The translations under genes and the position numbers were made by a program. This document shows, piece after piece, positions 11,609 to 21,599 of a stretch of 64,000 nucleotides of DNA. Origin of the DNA: Candidatus Acidiferrales bacterium (lineage in GTDB: Bacteria > Acidobacteriota > Terriglobia > Acidiferrales > UBA7541); assembly GCA_963779395.1 (NCBI GenBank), contig CAVZYC010000002.1, positions 331,651 to 395,650 on the forward strand, in the 5' to 3' direction. A model generated the notes under the pieces. That model saw only the letters and a program-made list of their open reading frames with translations, was not told the origin of the DNA and ran no database searches. Each line of letters begins with the position of its first letter. Position 1 is the first letter of the stretch.

Positions 11609-12067
11609 ATGAAACCCGAACAATGGCGCCCCAGCAATGCCCTCCGAAAAAGACGCATCATACCCTTCACAATGATCGAGCTTTCGGGCCTCGCCAGCAT
11701 AATGGTTTTCTTCCTCGTACTATTCATGCTCCCTGCTTTTCTCCCTAATCCACATCGTATTAACGTGGACTTGTCTGCGACGGATCACCCCAAGGCCATG
11801 CCCGGTGCTCTGCGAGAAGATGCACTTCAGGTTGCAGTCACACGTGATGGCACTGTTTATTTGAATGAGAGGCATGTCAATACTCGCGACTTGATATCCC
11901 TGCTTCAAGAAGGAGTTAGAGAAGGATCAGAGCGGAAGGTGTACCTGACAGCCGATGCCCGCGCCAGATATGGCGATGTAAAAGCCGTCGGAGATTTAAT
12001 CCATCAAGCCGGAATCGAAAATGTTGCTCTGATGACCGCAGAAACTCGCCACAACCCCGCGCCGTAG
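11609..12067 (+). CDS. ExbD/TolR family protein, orphan
   Basis: Single TM, VDL, VAVTRDG.VYL and ADARARYGDV motifs. No ExbB/TolQ gene alongside. Confidence 0.82.
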   Translation: MKPEQWRPSNALRKRRIIPFTMIELSGLASIMVFFLVLFMLPAFLPNPHRINVDLSATDHPKAMPGALREDALQVAVTRDGTVYLNERHVNTRDLISLLQEGVREGSERKVYLTADARARYGDVKAVGDLIHQAGIENVALMTAETRHNPAP

Positions 12068-12143
12068 CTTGGCCTCAGGAATCCGCTAAATCCTCCTGCC
12101 ACGGAACCGCCGTTTGTCCGAGTGTCGTACTTCCTGGATTCTC

Positions 12144-12533
12144 TTAATCTTCACTCGGCCGTGCATGGCTTCTCAGCCAGGTCAAGATTACGGCGCACCT
12201 AAATTCCCTTGATGCAATCTTGCCCGTAATGAACTGGTGAGCCTCCAAGGCGTCGACATCAAGGAGATATCCGTTCAATCGCAAAAATACGTCCACGCTT
12301 GCGAACGCGATTCTCTTGTTTCCATCGAGGAACGGATGATTGTTCGCCAACGACTCCATCATTGCCGCAGCCTGGTGAAGAAGGTCGTCATAGTAACCTG
12401 TTTGCGGGCGAAAAACTGCCGATGCTAGCAGCCCCGCGTCTCGCACTCCCTGCAGGCCTCCAAATTCATTGATTAAGTGCCAGTGCATCTCGAGGACTTC
12501 AGCAATAGTCAGGTAAAGCGTCTCCCGCGTCAC
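12144..12533 (-). CDS. Fic/Doc family (death-on-curing) toxin
   Basis: HPFLDGNKR Doc motif; GVRDAGLLASAVFRP. Confidence 0.92.
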   Translation of the reverse strand: MTRETLYLTIAEVLEMHWHLINEFGGLQGVRDAGLLASAVFRPQTGYYDDLLHQAAAMMESLANNHPFLDGNKRIAFASVDVFLRLNGYLLDVDALEAHQFITGKIASREFRCAVILTWLRSHARPSED

Positions 12534-12542
12534 TCCGCGGGC

Positions 12543-12779
12543 CTACTTCGCAAGGAGCTCATACAGTTTTCGGTTCTTATCCACCGACCGGCGAAACTGC
12601 TTCATTACTTCCGTCCGAACTGTGGCCTGCGATGGCACCACTTGATGCAAATAATGCTCCACGGCTTTTTCCAGCAAGAATCGGCGGGACTGGCCATTTT
12701 CACGGGCCAGCTTGGAAAGCTCGCTGTACAGATCCGCGCTCATTTCCAGGCCGATTTTCCTGGTTTTCGCTTTGCGCAT
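12543..12779 (-). CDS. Ribbon-helix-helix antitoxin
   Basis: RHH-like N-terminus; C-terminal ...LYELLAK resembles Doc-neutralising tails; directly upstream of the toxin. Confidence 0.75.
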   Translation of the reverse strand: MRKAKTRKIGLEMSADLYSELSKLARENGQSRRFLLEKAVEHYLHQVVPSQATVRTEVMKQFRRSVDKNRKLYELLAK

Positions 12780-12822
12780 GCCCCACCTCCCAGCTTTAAT
12801 TTAGCACACACTTCTTCCAGTT

Positions 12823-12838
12823 TCTAGATTCTTCTAGA
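12823..12838. promoter_or_regulatory. Candidate operator of the RHH-Doc operon
   Basis: TCTAGA-ttct-TCTAGA, two palindromic hexamers 44-59 bp upstream of the antitoxin start. Confidence 0.4.
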
Positions 12839-12941
12839 CATATCTTCTCTGAGCATGAGAACGGGAGTAAGGCCTGAAGAAGATTCAGCGCTTCAAATCG
12901 CGCTCTCCAGCAACCACTCGGCGTCGCTGCGCTGCGCGTGT

Positions 12942-13277
12942 CTACCGCGAACGATTCTTTCCAGAGGCGCGCCGCAAATGCTTGATCGAACGCGAGCGAA
13001 CCGCGAAAGGCTGTCGCGTCAAACGCCGCATGCGCCGCAAACTAAGGCCCTCGAGGACGAGCGTCTTGACGAAGGCCTCACAGCTGATATTCAGCTTTTT
13101 CGAGACTGCGTCAATCTCCGCAAGCATCGGACCAAAGAAATCCACTGTAACCCTGCGGGTAGGATCTATCATTCCCAAGCGATTCGTGAAAAATCGGCTG
13201 ATGTCTTTCCCTTGGCTCGCCATATGGGCAATCTGTTCTGCGGTGATAGGTTTCTTTTTCCTTGATGTTTTGTTCAT
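12942..13277 (-). CDS. CopG/BrnA-like antitoxin or DNA-binding protein, orphan
   Basis: ITAEQI...GKDISRFF...RVTVDF...LNIS pattern of the CopG antitoxin family. No cognate toxin adjacent. Confidence 0.7.
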   Translation of the reverse strand: MNKTSRKKKPITAEQIAHMASQGKDISRFFTNRLGMIDPTRRVTVDFFGPMLAEIDAVSKKLNISCEAFVKTLVLEGLSLRRMRRLTRQPFAVRSRSIKHLRRASGKNRSR

Positions 13278-13289
13278 ATGAACGCAGCG

Positions 13290-14240
13290 CTAAATCGCGC
13301 TCCCCAAAAACCACTCCGCGTCGCTTCCCCGGTTATGGCTGCGAATCAGCAATTCCGGATCTTTCACCGTCACCCGGCTGTACGGCGCAACCGAATGCGT
13401 CAGCCACACGTTGCCCCCGATGATGCTGTGGTGCCCAATGCGCGTGTCGCCGCCAAGAATCGTCGCGCCCGGATAAATTGTCACGCCATCTTCGATATCC
13501 GGGTGGCGCTTGTTCGCAGAACCTCTCACCAGCCCGCCATCCGAATCGCGCTGGCTCGTTGGATTAAACGCGCCCAGTGTCACGCCGTGATACAGCGTCA
13601 CATTCTTGCCGATGGTAGCCGTTTCGCCAATCACCACGCCCGTCCCGTGATCGATAAAGAACGATTCGTCAATCGCCGCGCCAGGATGGATATCAATGCC
13701 GGTGCGGCTATGCGCGATTTCCGTCATCAGGCGCGGCAGGTAAGGCACTTTCAATTCGTACAATTCATGCGCCAACCGCTGCACGGTGATGGCTTCCACT
13801 CCCGGGTAGCTCAGCAAAATCTCTTCCAATCCGCTCGCCGCCGGATCATTCGTCAGCGCCGCTTCCATGTCCGTGGCCTGTAACTGCGCCAACTTCGGAA
13901 GTCTCTCGCGAATTTTCCCGACAATCTCATCGGCCGCGCGCGCCAGCTTCTCCGGAGCCTTCTTGCTGCGGCAACTGCAATCGAATCGGATTGCGGAAAC
14001 GATCTGCTCCGCCAGCAGCGCTTCCAGTTCGTCCACAAAATGGGCCGCCTGCGGGCTCGCGGATTCTTCAGGCACGTGATGCAGCGGAAAAAGTGAATCC
14101 AGATACCGCCGGCAAAAGGTCGCCACATCTTCCTTCGAGGGCAATTGGTATTCGGCCGCGCGATCGCCAGAAAACCGCGCATCCAGCGCCGACCGGAATT
14201 CCCGCGCCAGGCATTTCAGTTCTTCCATATTTGCTTTCAT
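13290..14240 (-). CDS. cysE: Serine O-acetyltransferase (EpsC-type)
   Basis: DPAA, TGIDIHPGA, FFIDHGTGVVIGET, KRHP hexapeptide region. Confidence 0.93.
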   Translation of the reverse strand: MKANMEELKCLAREFRSALDARFSGDRAAEYQLPSKEDVATFCRRYLDSLFPLHHVPEESASPQAAHFVDELEALLAEQIVSAIRFDCSCRSKKAPEKLARAADEIVGKIRERLPKLAQLQATDMEAALTNDPAASGLEEILLSYPGVEAITVQRLAHELYELKVPYLPRLMTEIAHSRTGIDIHPGAAIDESFFIDHGTGVVIGETATIGKNVTLYHGVTLGAFNPTSQRDSDGGLVRGSANKRHPDIEDGVTIYPGATILGGDTRIGHHSIIGGNVWLTHSVAPYSRVTVKDPELLIRSHNRGSDAEWFLGSAI

Positions 14241-14493
14241 AAATTTGTCCTAACAATTCCAAGAAGCGCAGAGAAAGAGGCACCTCTACCAGGTTTCTTC
14301 CCAGGGATTCCCACCAGCACTTTCCACTGGAACCAGCGAAAACGCAATCCGCAAGCCCCAGCAGTGTGTTTGATGCGAATGAAGGATGCCGGGGCGCAGC
14401 CTTCGCCACCAATGGCAAAATGCACTGCGCCCCTCATCCGGCATGTGTCGAGCCGCCTTCTGCGATTCTCGCATTCCGGCGGCAATCAGGTTT

Positions 14494-15450
14494 CTAGCCA
14501 ATTCCCTCGAACAAAATCGTCGAGAGGTAGCGCTCCCCGCCATCGGGCAGCACGGTCACAATGGTTTTCCCGGCGAACTCCGGCAACTTCGCAACGCGCA
14601 CCGCCGCCGCTGTTGCCGCACCGCAGGAAATCCCAGAGAGAATGCCTTCTTCGCGTGCCAATCGGCGCGCCATCTCCACGGACTCTTCGTTGGTCACCAA
14701 CTCCACGCGATCCACCATTTTCAAATCCAGGTTCTTCGGCACGAATCCGCCGCCAAGCCCCTGAATTTTATGTGGACCGGGCGTGAGTGGCTTGCCCGCA
14801 AGCGTCTGCGAGATCACCGGACTCGCTGTTGGCTCCACCGCGATGGTGATGATCTTCTTTCCCTTGGTGTTCTTGATGTAGCGGCTCACTCCGGTGAGTG
14901 TTCCACCAGTTCCCACGCCGCTCACCAGAACATCAATCGTCCCACCCGTGTCGTCCCAAATTTCCGGGCCGGTGGTCTTTTCGTGGATTTCCGGGTTGGC
15001 CGGATTGTCAAATTGCTGCGGCAAAAAATAATGTTGCTTGTCCGAGTTGTAAATCTCGGTGGCTTTGTTGATGGCGCCCTTCATGCCTTCCGGCCCCGGC
15101 GTAAGGATGAGCTTCGCTCCAAACGCAGCCAGCACTCGCCGGCGTTCCAGTGACATGGTTTCCGGCATGGTCAAGGTAATGGCATAACCGCGTGCTGCGG
15201 CCACGTAAGCCAACGCAATCCCCGTATTTCCGCTCGTCGGCTCCACAATCTCAATTCCCGGCTTCAGCACCCCGCGCTTTTCCGCATCCCAAATCATTGC
15301 TGCCCCGATACGACACTTCACCGAGTACGCTGGATTTCTCCCCTCGATCTTGGCGAGCACCGTGGCTTTCGCGCCATCGGTCACTCGATTCAGTTTGATC
15401 AGAGGGGTTCGGCCAATGCTTAACGAATTATCCGCGTATATGTTTGACAT
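14494..15450 (-). CDS. cysK: Cysteine synthase A
   Basis: [12 protein letters not shown]-lysine motif, [22 protein letters not shown]. Confidence 0.97.
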   Translation of the reverse strand: MSNIYADNSLSIGRTPLIKLNRVTDGAKATVLAKIEGRNPAYSVKCRIGAAMIWDAEKRGVLKPGIEIVEPTSGNTGIALAYVAAARGYAITLTMPETMSLERRRVLAAFGAKLILTPGPEGMKGAINKATEIYNSDKQHYFLPQQFDNPANPEIHEKTTGPEIWDDTGGTIDVLVSGVGTGGTLTGVSRYIKNTKGKKIITIAVEPTASPVISQTLAGKPLTPGPHKIQGLGGGFVPKNLDLKMVDRVELVTNEESVEMARRLAREEGILSGISCGAATAAAVRVAKLPEFAGKTIVTVLPDGGERYLSTILFEGIG

Positions 15451-15660
15451 TTGTGCACTCCAGTGAAGTGAATTTGCCGTATCGGGACGGCACTTAAATT
15501 ATAGGGCGGCAGCCCAGAAAACTGGGAGGCCAGCAAGCATCAAATTCTCAAATGGCTCCGATTCATTTCTCTAATGCTGTCGGCCCTACCTTTATTCGAC
15601 GCACCACCCTTCATTGCGGTGACACGCCCACTCCGATAGAATCCGCCTCGGGAGGCGCCC

Positions 15661-16131
15661 ATGCCCCAACTCTCTGATAAGCCGCGCATTGCCCTCGCCG
15701 CCGACCACGCCGGGGTTCACGTCAAAGAAGCCGTTCGAGAGTTTTTGGAATCCGCGGGCTACCCCGTGGACGACTTGGGGACCTGGTCAGAAGAATCCGT
15801 AGACTATCCCGATTACGGCAAAGCGATTGGCGATCGTGTCGCCTCTCATCACGATGTCTTCGGCATTGCCGTGTGCGGCACGGGCATGGGTATTTCCATC
15901 GCGGCAAATAAAGTTCCCGGAATCCGCGCAGCGGTTGCTCACAATGTGGATACCGCTCGTCTGGCGCGAGAACACAACGACGCCAATGTCCTGGCCATGG
16001 GCGGCCGTGTTGTCAGTGGCCCACAGGCCGTCGAAATGGTGCAAACGTTTTTGAACACCACCTTTGCCGGCGGTCGCCACGCGCGCCGCGTAGAAAAAAT
16101 CACGCAGATCGAAGCCGCCGAGCGGGGATAA
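15661..16131 (+). CDS. rpiB: Ribose-5-phosphate isomerase B
   Basis: ADHAG, VDYPD, CGTGMG, AREHNDANVL and GGRHARRV motifs. Confidence 0.96.
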   Translation: MPQLSDKPRIALAADHAGVHVKEAVREFLESAGYPVDDLGTWSEESVDYPDYGKAIGDRVASHHDVFGIAVCGTGMGISIAANKVPGIRAAVAHNVDTARLAREHNDANVLAMGGRVVSGPQAVEMVQTFLNTTFAGGRHARRVEKITQIEAAERG

Positions 16132-16217
16132 GACGGAGTGGCAAGGCTAATTCCTTTTAGAATGCTGCAAATCCTTCCTCATTGACAGCACCAGCGCGGG
16201 TTTCTAAACTCCCTCTT

Positions 16218-16451
16218 ATGCCGTTGGATTGGTCACAATGCGACGCAGTGGAAAGTGTCCCAGGGAAGGTCAGCGGTGCTTGGGTTTTCCGGGGCACCCG
16301 TATTCCTGTTTCGGCCGTGTTCGAGAATCTCGAAGATGGCCTGTCGCTTCCGGAAATCGTCTCTCTTTATGATGGCCTGACCTTGGAACGCGTGCAGGCT
16401 GTTCTTGATTTTGCCCGGCGCAGCCTCGAAATTCCTGCGGCCGTTCGCTGA
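16218..16451 (+). CDS. DUF433 family antitoxin
   Basis: PGKVSGAWVFRGTRIPV motif. The stop overlaps the next start (TGATG). Confidence 0.88.
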   Translation: MPLDWSQCDAVESVPGKVSGAWVFRGTRIPVSAVFENLEDGLSLPEIVSLYDGLTLERVQAVLDFARRSLEIPAAVR

Positions 16452-16780
16452 TGCGCGTCCTGCTTGATCAGTGCACTCCTGCCACCATCCGAAAATATCT
16501 GACGAAACATGAAGTCACAACAGCTCGAGAGCAAGGCTGGAGTGCTCTCGCAAATGGCGACCTTTTGAGAGCGGCAGAAGAAGCCGGGTTTGAAGTTCTG
16601 CTGACTGCCGATACGCATCTCATCAATGAACAAAATCTGAAAAATGCGAAACTGGCGATTGTCGTCCTTAGCAAGAACCGTTGGCGGTCCATCCTGGCGG
16701 CGATGGATTCGGTTGTAGACGCTGTGAATTCAGCAAAACCAGGACTCACGTGGGTCGAAATTCCGGCTCTGGAAGAATAA
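16451..16780 (+). CDS. DUF5615 / PIN-like toxin
   Basis: MRVLLDQ, NGDLL and LLTAD PIN-like acidic motifs; coupled to DUF433. Confidence 0.82.
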   Translation: MRVLLDQCTPATIRKYLTKHEVTTAREQGWSALANGDLLRAAEEAGFEVLLTADTHLINEQNLKNAKLAIVVLSKNRWRSILAAMDSVVDAVNSAKPGLTWVEIPALEE

Positions 16781-16977
16781 ACTTGCTGTCGCTCTAGCCG
16801 GCAGCGATGTGCAAAATGATTTCTTTGTGCCTGATTCCAGAAACTCCAAGAGATTCGGCAATCCTCGCAAAAAAGAGAAGATATGTGCAAGCCGGTTAAC
16901 TCTTGCTTCGTTTGCTCCCCTATCATCCGTAAAGTACACTGGTTTTTCACCCTATTTCTGATTAAGGACACTCAACC

Positions 16978-18006
16978 ATGCTGGTAGTGATGCAGTCCCA
17001 TGCCACCGAACAACAGGTTCGCAGCGTCTGCGAACGCATCGAATCGCTTGGCCTCAAGGCTCATCCGATTCCCGGCGCGGGACGCACCGCTATCGGCATC
17101 ACCGGCAACAGCGGCGCTGTGGATCTCGGCGTCCTCGAATCCATGCCCGGCGTCATCGAGTGCATTCCCGTCACCAAGCCCTACAAATTAGTTTCGCTCG
17201 ACGTGAAGGAAGACCCCACCGTCGTGCGCATTCCCACTCCTTCGGGAGACGTCTTCGTTGGCGGCGCGCATCTCGCGGTTGTGGCGGGTCCGTGCGCGGT
17301 GGAAACAGAGGAGCAGTGCCTGGCGATCGCCGAGCGCCTCAAACCCACCGGCGTGCGCCTGTTCCGCGGCGGCGCCTACAAGCCGCGCACTTCTCCTTAC
17401 AGCTTTCAGGGTCTCGGCCTGCCGGGTCTGAAGATTCTGGCCAAGGTTCGAAAAAATTACGGCTTTGGAATTGTCACCGAGGCGATTGACAATGAAACCC
17501 TCGACCTCGTCGAAGAGTGGGCCGACGTCATCCAGATTGGCGCCCGCAACATGCAGAATTTTTCTTTGCTCAAACGCGCCGGACGCGCCAAAAAACCTGT
17601 CCTGCTGAAACGCGGCATGAGCGCCACACTCGACGAATTCCTCATGGCCGCGGAATATATCCTCAGCGAAGGCAACTATCAGGTAATGCTCTGCGAACGC
17701 GGCGTCCGCACGTTCTCCGATTTTTCGCGCAACACGCTGGACCTCGCGGTAGTGCCCGCCGTGAAAAAGCGCAGCCACCTGCCCATCCTTGTCGACCCCA
17801 GCCACGGTACCGGCAAACGCCACAAAGTTCTGCCCCTCTCGCGCGCCGCGGTTGCCGTCGGCGCAGATGGCTTAATGGTCGAGGTTCACCATCAACCTGA
17901 AAAAGCGCTATCCGACGGCATTCAATCCATCCTTCCCGAAGAATTCGCCGAACTCCTCACCGAAGTCCGCCAAATCGCCACCGTCGTCCACCGCCAAGTG
18001 AACTGA
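16978..18006 (+). CDS. aroF: DAHP synthase, type I-beta with N-terminal regulatory domain
   Basis: [32 protein letters not shown] and DPSHGTG motifs. Confidence 0.95.
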   Translation: MLVVMQSHATEQQVRSVCERIESLGLKAHPIPGAGRTAIGITGNSGAVDLGVLESMPGVIECIPVTKPYKLVSLDVKEDPTVVRIPTPSGDVFVGGAHLAVVAGPCAVETEEQCLAIAERLKPTGVRLFRGGAYKPRTSPYSFQGLGLPGLKILAKVRKNYGFGIVTEAIDNETLDLVEEWADVIQIGARNMQNFSLLKRAGRAKKPVLLKRGMSATLDEFLMAAEYILSEGNYQVMLCERGVRTFSDFSRNTLDLAVVPAVKKRSHLPILVDPSHGTGKRHKVLPLSRAAVAVGADGLMVEVHHQPEKALSDGIQSILPEEFAELLTEVRQIATVVHRQVN

Positions 18007-18022
18007 CCTGCCACCGGCATAC

Positions 18023-18050
18023 TTGGAGTGCGGCGGCTCGCCGCCGCTTT
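18023..18050. repeat. REP-like palindrome, family 1, copy 1
   Basis: TTGGAGTGCGGCGGCTCGCCGCCGCTTT; identical 28-mers at 32109 and 40351. Confidence 0.9.
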
Positions 18051-18113
18051 TACTGCGTAAATCGTTTCACAAAATTATCCTTACTCCGCCTGCCCATCCA
18101 AATCTGCAACCCG

Positions 18114-19526
18114 CTAGCTGATCCCCACCTTATACCGCGGCCACTGCGATCGAATCGCGTCGTGATCAATCACCGGCTCCCCCTCGCATTCCACTTCAAT
18201 CACCGTCGAAGGACTATCCGGCGCCTGCACCGGAAGCCCCGTCACGCGTAGAGAGAACTCGTCCTGCGTAAACGCGAGCTTCTGTCCAGTCTTCAGCAAC
18301 CGCGCGGATTTTGCTTTAGTCTTCAATCCACCAATCGCCACCACGGTTGCCGGCTGAAAAAATGGCAGCCACTGCGCCGCCGGAGTATCTCCCGGCCAGT
18401 AATGCTGATGAATGTACAGTGTGTTTCCGCGCCGCGAATAATTAGCATTCGAGTTCCAACTGTACGTCCCGCGCTCCGTGCCATAAATAGCTTTGCCGTT
18501 CGTCTCCAGCCATTTCCCAACGCTTTCCAATATCGCCACCGATTCTTCTGGTACCGATCCGTCGGGCTTCGGCCCAATGTTCAACAAATAATTTCCGTCT
18601 CCCTGCGCGCAATTCGCCAGATTATTCACAATCGTCTTAGCCGTTTTCCAGCCGTCATCCCCGCGGTTGAATCCCCAGCTATCGTTCATCGTCATGCAGG
18701 ATTCCCAGGCGCGCCCGCTCGCTGCCGCCGTAACTTCCTGTTCCGGCGTCGAGAAATCTCCATCCAGCCCGTTGCGATTATTCACAATGATGTCCGGCTG
18801 GAGCTCGAACACCATCTTGTTCATGCGCTCCGATTCCCACTGCTCCGGCGTCAGCGGCCAGTCCACGTCATACCAGAGCACATCAATCTTTCCGTAATTC
18901 GTCATCAGCTCGCGAATCAATCCGTGCGTGTATTCCACAAAACGCTTGCGCGCCGCTTCGTCCGTTTTGCAGCGCACCCCGTCCGGATGGTGCCAATCCA
19001 TCAACGAGTAGTAGAAACCCACGCGCAACCCCTCCGCCCGCGCCGCCTCAACAAATTCCCGAACCAGGTCGCGTCCCGGCCCCTGTTTCGGCGCGCAATA
19101 ATCGGTCAGCTTCGTATCGAAATGGCAGAATCCTTCATGGTGCTTGGTGGTCATCACCATGTACTTCTGCCCTGCTCGACGCGCCAGCTTGGCCCATTCG
19201 CGCGCAGCGTTCGGCTTTGGCTGAAAATGTTTGGCCAGCAATTCGTATTGTGGAATCGGAATCCCTTCCACTTCCAGCGCCCATTCGTGCTGCCCAATCA
19301 CGCTATAAAGCCCCCAGTGGATGAACATGCCGAACTTGGCTTCATGCCACCACGCCATTCGTTGCCCACGCGTGGCCGCTTCCTTACTCGTGACTGGGAC
19401 AGCCTGTCCCCCGGCTCCCACTCCGCCGACGCTCATTGCATTGGCAGTGTTGCCCGCATATGCCAGCGCACCCGCTGCACCAAGGTGTCTCAAAAACGAC
19501 CGCCTGCTAACTTCATCCGTCTTCAT
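18114..19526 (-). CDS. Alpha-L-fucosidase (GH29), Tat-exported
   Basis: SRRSFL Tat motif; KFGMFIHWG, TKHHEGF, LWYD and LLNIGP GH29 motifs. Confidence 0.93.
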   Translation of the reverse strand: MKTDEVSRRSFLRHLGAAGALAYAGNTANAMSVGGVGAGGQAVPVTSKEAATRGQRMAWWHEAKFGMFIHWGLYSVIGQHEWALEVEGIPIPQYELLAKHFQPKPNAAREWAKLARRAGQKYMVMTTKHHEGFCHFDTKLTDYCAPKQGPGRDLVREFVEAARAEGLRVGFYYSLMDWHHPDGVRCKTDEAARKRFVEYTHGLIRELMTNYGKIDVLWYDVDWPLTPEQWESERMNKMVFELQPDIIVNNRNGLDGDFSTPEQEVTAAASGRAWESCMTMNDSWGFNRGDDGWKTAKTIVNNLANCAQGDGNYLLNIGPKPDGSVPEESVAILESVGKWLETNGKAIYGTERGTYSWNSNANYSRRGNTLYIHQHYWPGDTPAAQWLPFFQPATVVAIGGLKTKAKSARLLKTGQKLAFTQDEFSLRVTGLPVQAPDSPSTVIEVECEGEPVIDHDAIRSQWPRYKVGIS

Positions 19527-19685
19527 AAGTTTTGGCCTTTCCGTGAGCGAACCAGATCAAATTTCCCTTTTGCTCCGGCAGACGAACGCAATTGTATACT
19601 CATTTCCCCACCTTGCGACGTTGCCCCTCGATAACCACATCAACAAACCTCAAATGTAAATCTGGGGTAAAATTCAAACGACTCG

Positions 19686-20819
19686 ATGAGCCGCCCCCGA
19701 AATTTCCGCGTCTATTTTCTGCTGACCATACTGCTTCTCTTTGCCGTCATCATCTTGCTTCGCGCCCACCGCCCCTCCTTCTTGCGCCCAGGCCTGCATC
19801 TGAATGCCTACGTCAGCACGGACGACGGGAACATAACCGTTGTGGATTTGATCAGCCTGCGCGCGATCAGCAAGGTCTACGCCGGCCCTGCACTCGCCGA
19901 AATCCTGGAACATCCCCGCCGCGCAGAAATTTGGGGAGTGAGCAGCGCGGGGGGATACGTCTGGGTCCTGGGCGCGCGCAGCAATCAGATTTCCTCGCGC
20001 ATACCCGTGGGCCCTCTACCCTATTCGCTCGAATTTTCCGTGAAGGGCGATCGCGCGTACACCACTTCTTCCGTCGCGAATCAACTGATCGCCATTGATT
20101 GCGTCACCCGCGCCATCATTGGCCGCGCGAAAACCGGCCTGCAGCCCGTTCGCGTACGCATCACGCCCAACAATAAAACTCTCTTGGTGGTGAATTCCCG
20201 CTCTGCCACGCTGGGCATCCATGACGCCGCCACGCTTCAGCAACGCGCCGAGGTTCCCGTCGTTGCCGATCCGGAAGAGGTCAGCATCCTCCCCGATAGT
20301 TCTCTCGCCTTTGTGATGAGCCGCACGCAGAACCTCCTGTCTGTGGTCGACGTGCGTCGCGGCGTGCTCTTAACCAATCTTTTGCTGGCGGGAAATCCCA
20401 CGCAAATGATCCTGAAGCCCGACGGCGGCGAGTTGTACGTAATTTCGCCCGATACGCACGGCCTGCAAGCCTTAAATACCTGGACGCATGAAATGGGCGA
20501 TTACATGATGCTGGGCTCCGCGCCCTTTTCCGGCATCATCACCGATGACGCGGACGAAATGTATGTGACGGATCGCGCCGCGAGTCACGTGTTGCCGCTG
20601 GACATTGTCAACCGCCGTGTCGGCCGCCCCATCAATGTTGGTGCGCTTCCCGGCGCCATGCGTTTCGATCCTGTCGAGCCCGGCGGCAAACCCGCGATGC
20701 TTCTGGTCGTGAACGAAGGTTCCGGCGATCTAGCCGTGCTCCACACGCGCACCGATTCCCTTCTCACCATGATCCCCATAGGCTCGCACCCCCAGCGCAT
20801 CGCGGTGAAGCTCTTCTAA
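19686..20819 (+). CDS. YncE/YVTN-type beta-propeller protein
   Basis: N-terminal TM; repeated IPVG..P / YV blades. Confidence 0.8.
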   Translation: MSRPRNFRVYFLLTILLLFAVIILLRAHRPSFLRPGLHLNAYVSTDDGNITVVDLISLRAISKVYAGPALAEILEHPRRAEIWGVSSAGGYVWVLGARSNQISSRIPVGPLPYSLEFSVKGDRAYTTSSVANQLIAIDCVTRAIIGRAKTGLQPVRVRITPNNKTLLVVNSRSATLGIHDAATLQQRAEVPVVADPEEVSILPDSSLAFVMSRTQNLLSVVDVRRGVLLTNLLLAGNPTQMILKPDGGELYVISPDTHGLQALNTWTHEMGDYMMLGSAPFSGIITDDADEMYVTDRAASHVLPLDIVNRRVGRPINVGALPGAMRFDPVEPGGKPAMLLVVNEGSGDLAVLHTRTDSLLTMIPIGSHPQRIAVKLF

Positions 20820-20887
20820 GAGGTTTTAAGTTTTAACTGGCTCTGTTGACAACCATGGCGGAGGGCCGTCCAGAACCGAAAAGCAGA

Positions 20888-20920
20888 TCCCTCACCCCGC
20901 CAAAAGCGCGGGGTGAGGGA
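20888..20920. terminator. Perfect 13-bp hairpin between convergent genes (terminator or REP-like)
   Basis: TCCCTCACCCCGC-7 nt-GCGGGGTGAGGGA, preceded by AAAGCAGA. Confidence 0.5.
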
Positions 20921-21047
20921 CGCCGTTTCTTGCCAGTGCCCGCCACTTTTCCCAGTACGCGACTCAGAGCGATTTAGGTCCATACACGCGAATTGTTCTG
21001 ACAGTCGACTCGAACAGCGTTAGTCGACATCGCCAGCCCTTCTAACA

Positions 21048-21599
21048 TCAGCGGCTCTGGACCCACGCCGTGAATTGATGCCAAAACGCTGAGTGGGCAA
21101 GGGGGCGCATTGTAAAGTCAATAACAAGTATTAGAAGTGATCCCGAAATCGTTGCAAGATGAACTTTTCTGCGCGACCAGAGATCAAAAGCGATCATGAA
21201 TATCAGGAAAGAGTCGAGGATGCCGAAGAACACAAGATCACTGGAAAACACAAATGCGAACGGCCAGCGGCCTAATGCCGGGCCTAGCAGCGCAACTGTC
21301 GCAAGGATCATCAGTAGCTTATGCGCCGCGCCGTTCATCCGGACACGAAACGCCCAAAATACGAGAATCCCAAAGACCAACAACTGAAGAACGCCATCGG
21401 CAAACAGCGCTTCGATACTCATCCCAAAGACTGCATGCCTTCGCACTGCACCAATCAGTGTTGCAAACCCTACAAGCACCATCACTCCCGCAACGATCAT
21501 CCCCAATATACCGAGGCGCATGTGCCAGTTCACATGACCGGTAGCACTAATCGGACATATGGGTACTGGAAGGAAGATGTCCGGTTCCGCGACAGTCAA
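21048..21599 (-). CDS. Integral membrane protein of unknown function, apparently N-terminally truncated
   Basis: About five TM helices; H.RLG, AHK.LMILAT and GRWP pattern. Overlaps the amidohydrolase stop. Confidence 0.6.
   Translation of the reverse strand: MTVAEPDIFLPVPICPISATGHVNWHMRLGILGMIVAGVMVLVGFATLIGAVRRHAVFGMSIEALFADGVLQLLVFGILVFWAFRVRMNGAAHKLLMILATVALLGPALGRWPFAFVFSSDLVFFGILDSFLIFMIAFDLWSRRKVHLATISGSLLILVIDFTMRPLAHSAFWHQFTAWVQSR

Noticed and set aside
15451-15660. SAM riboswitch upstream of cysK
   Set aside because: No SAM-I core is visible; there is only a short hairpin near 15476-15493.
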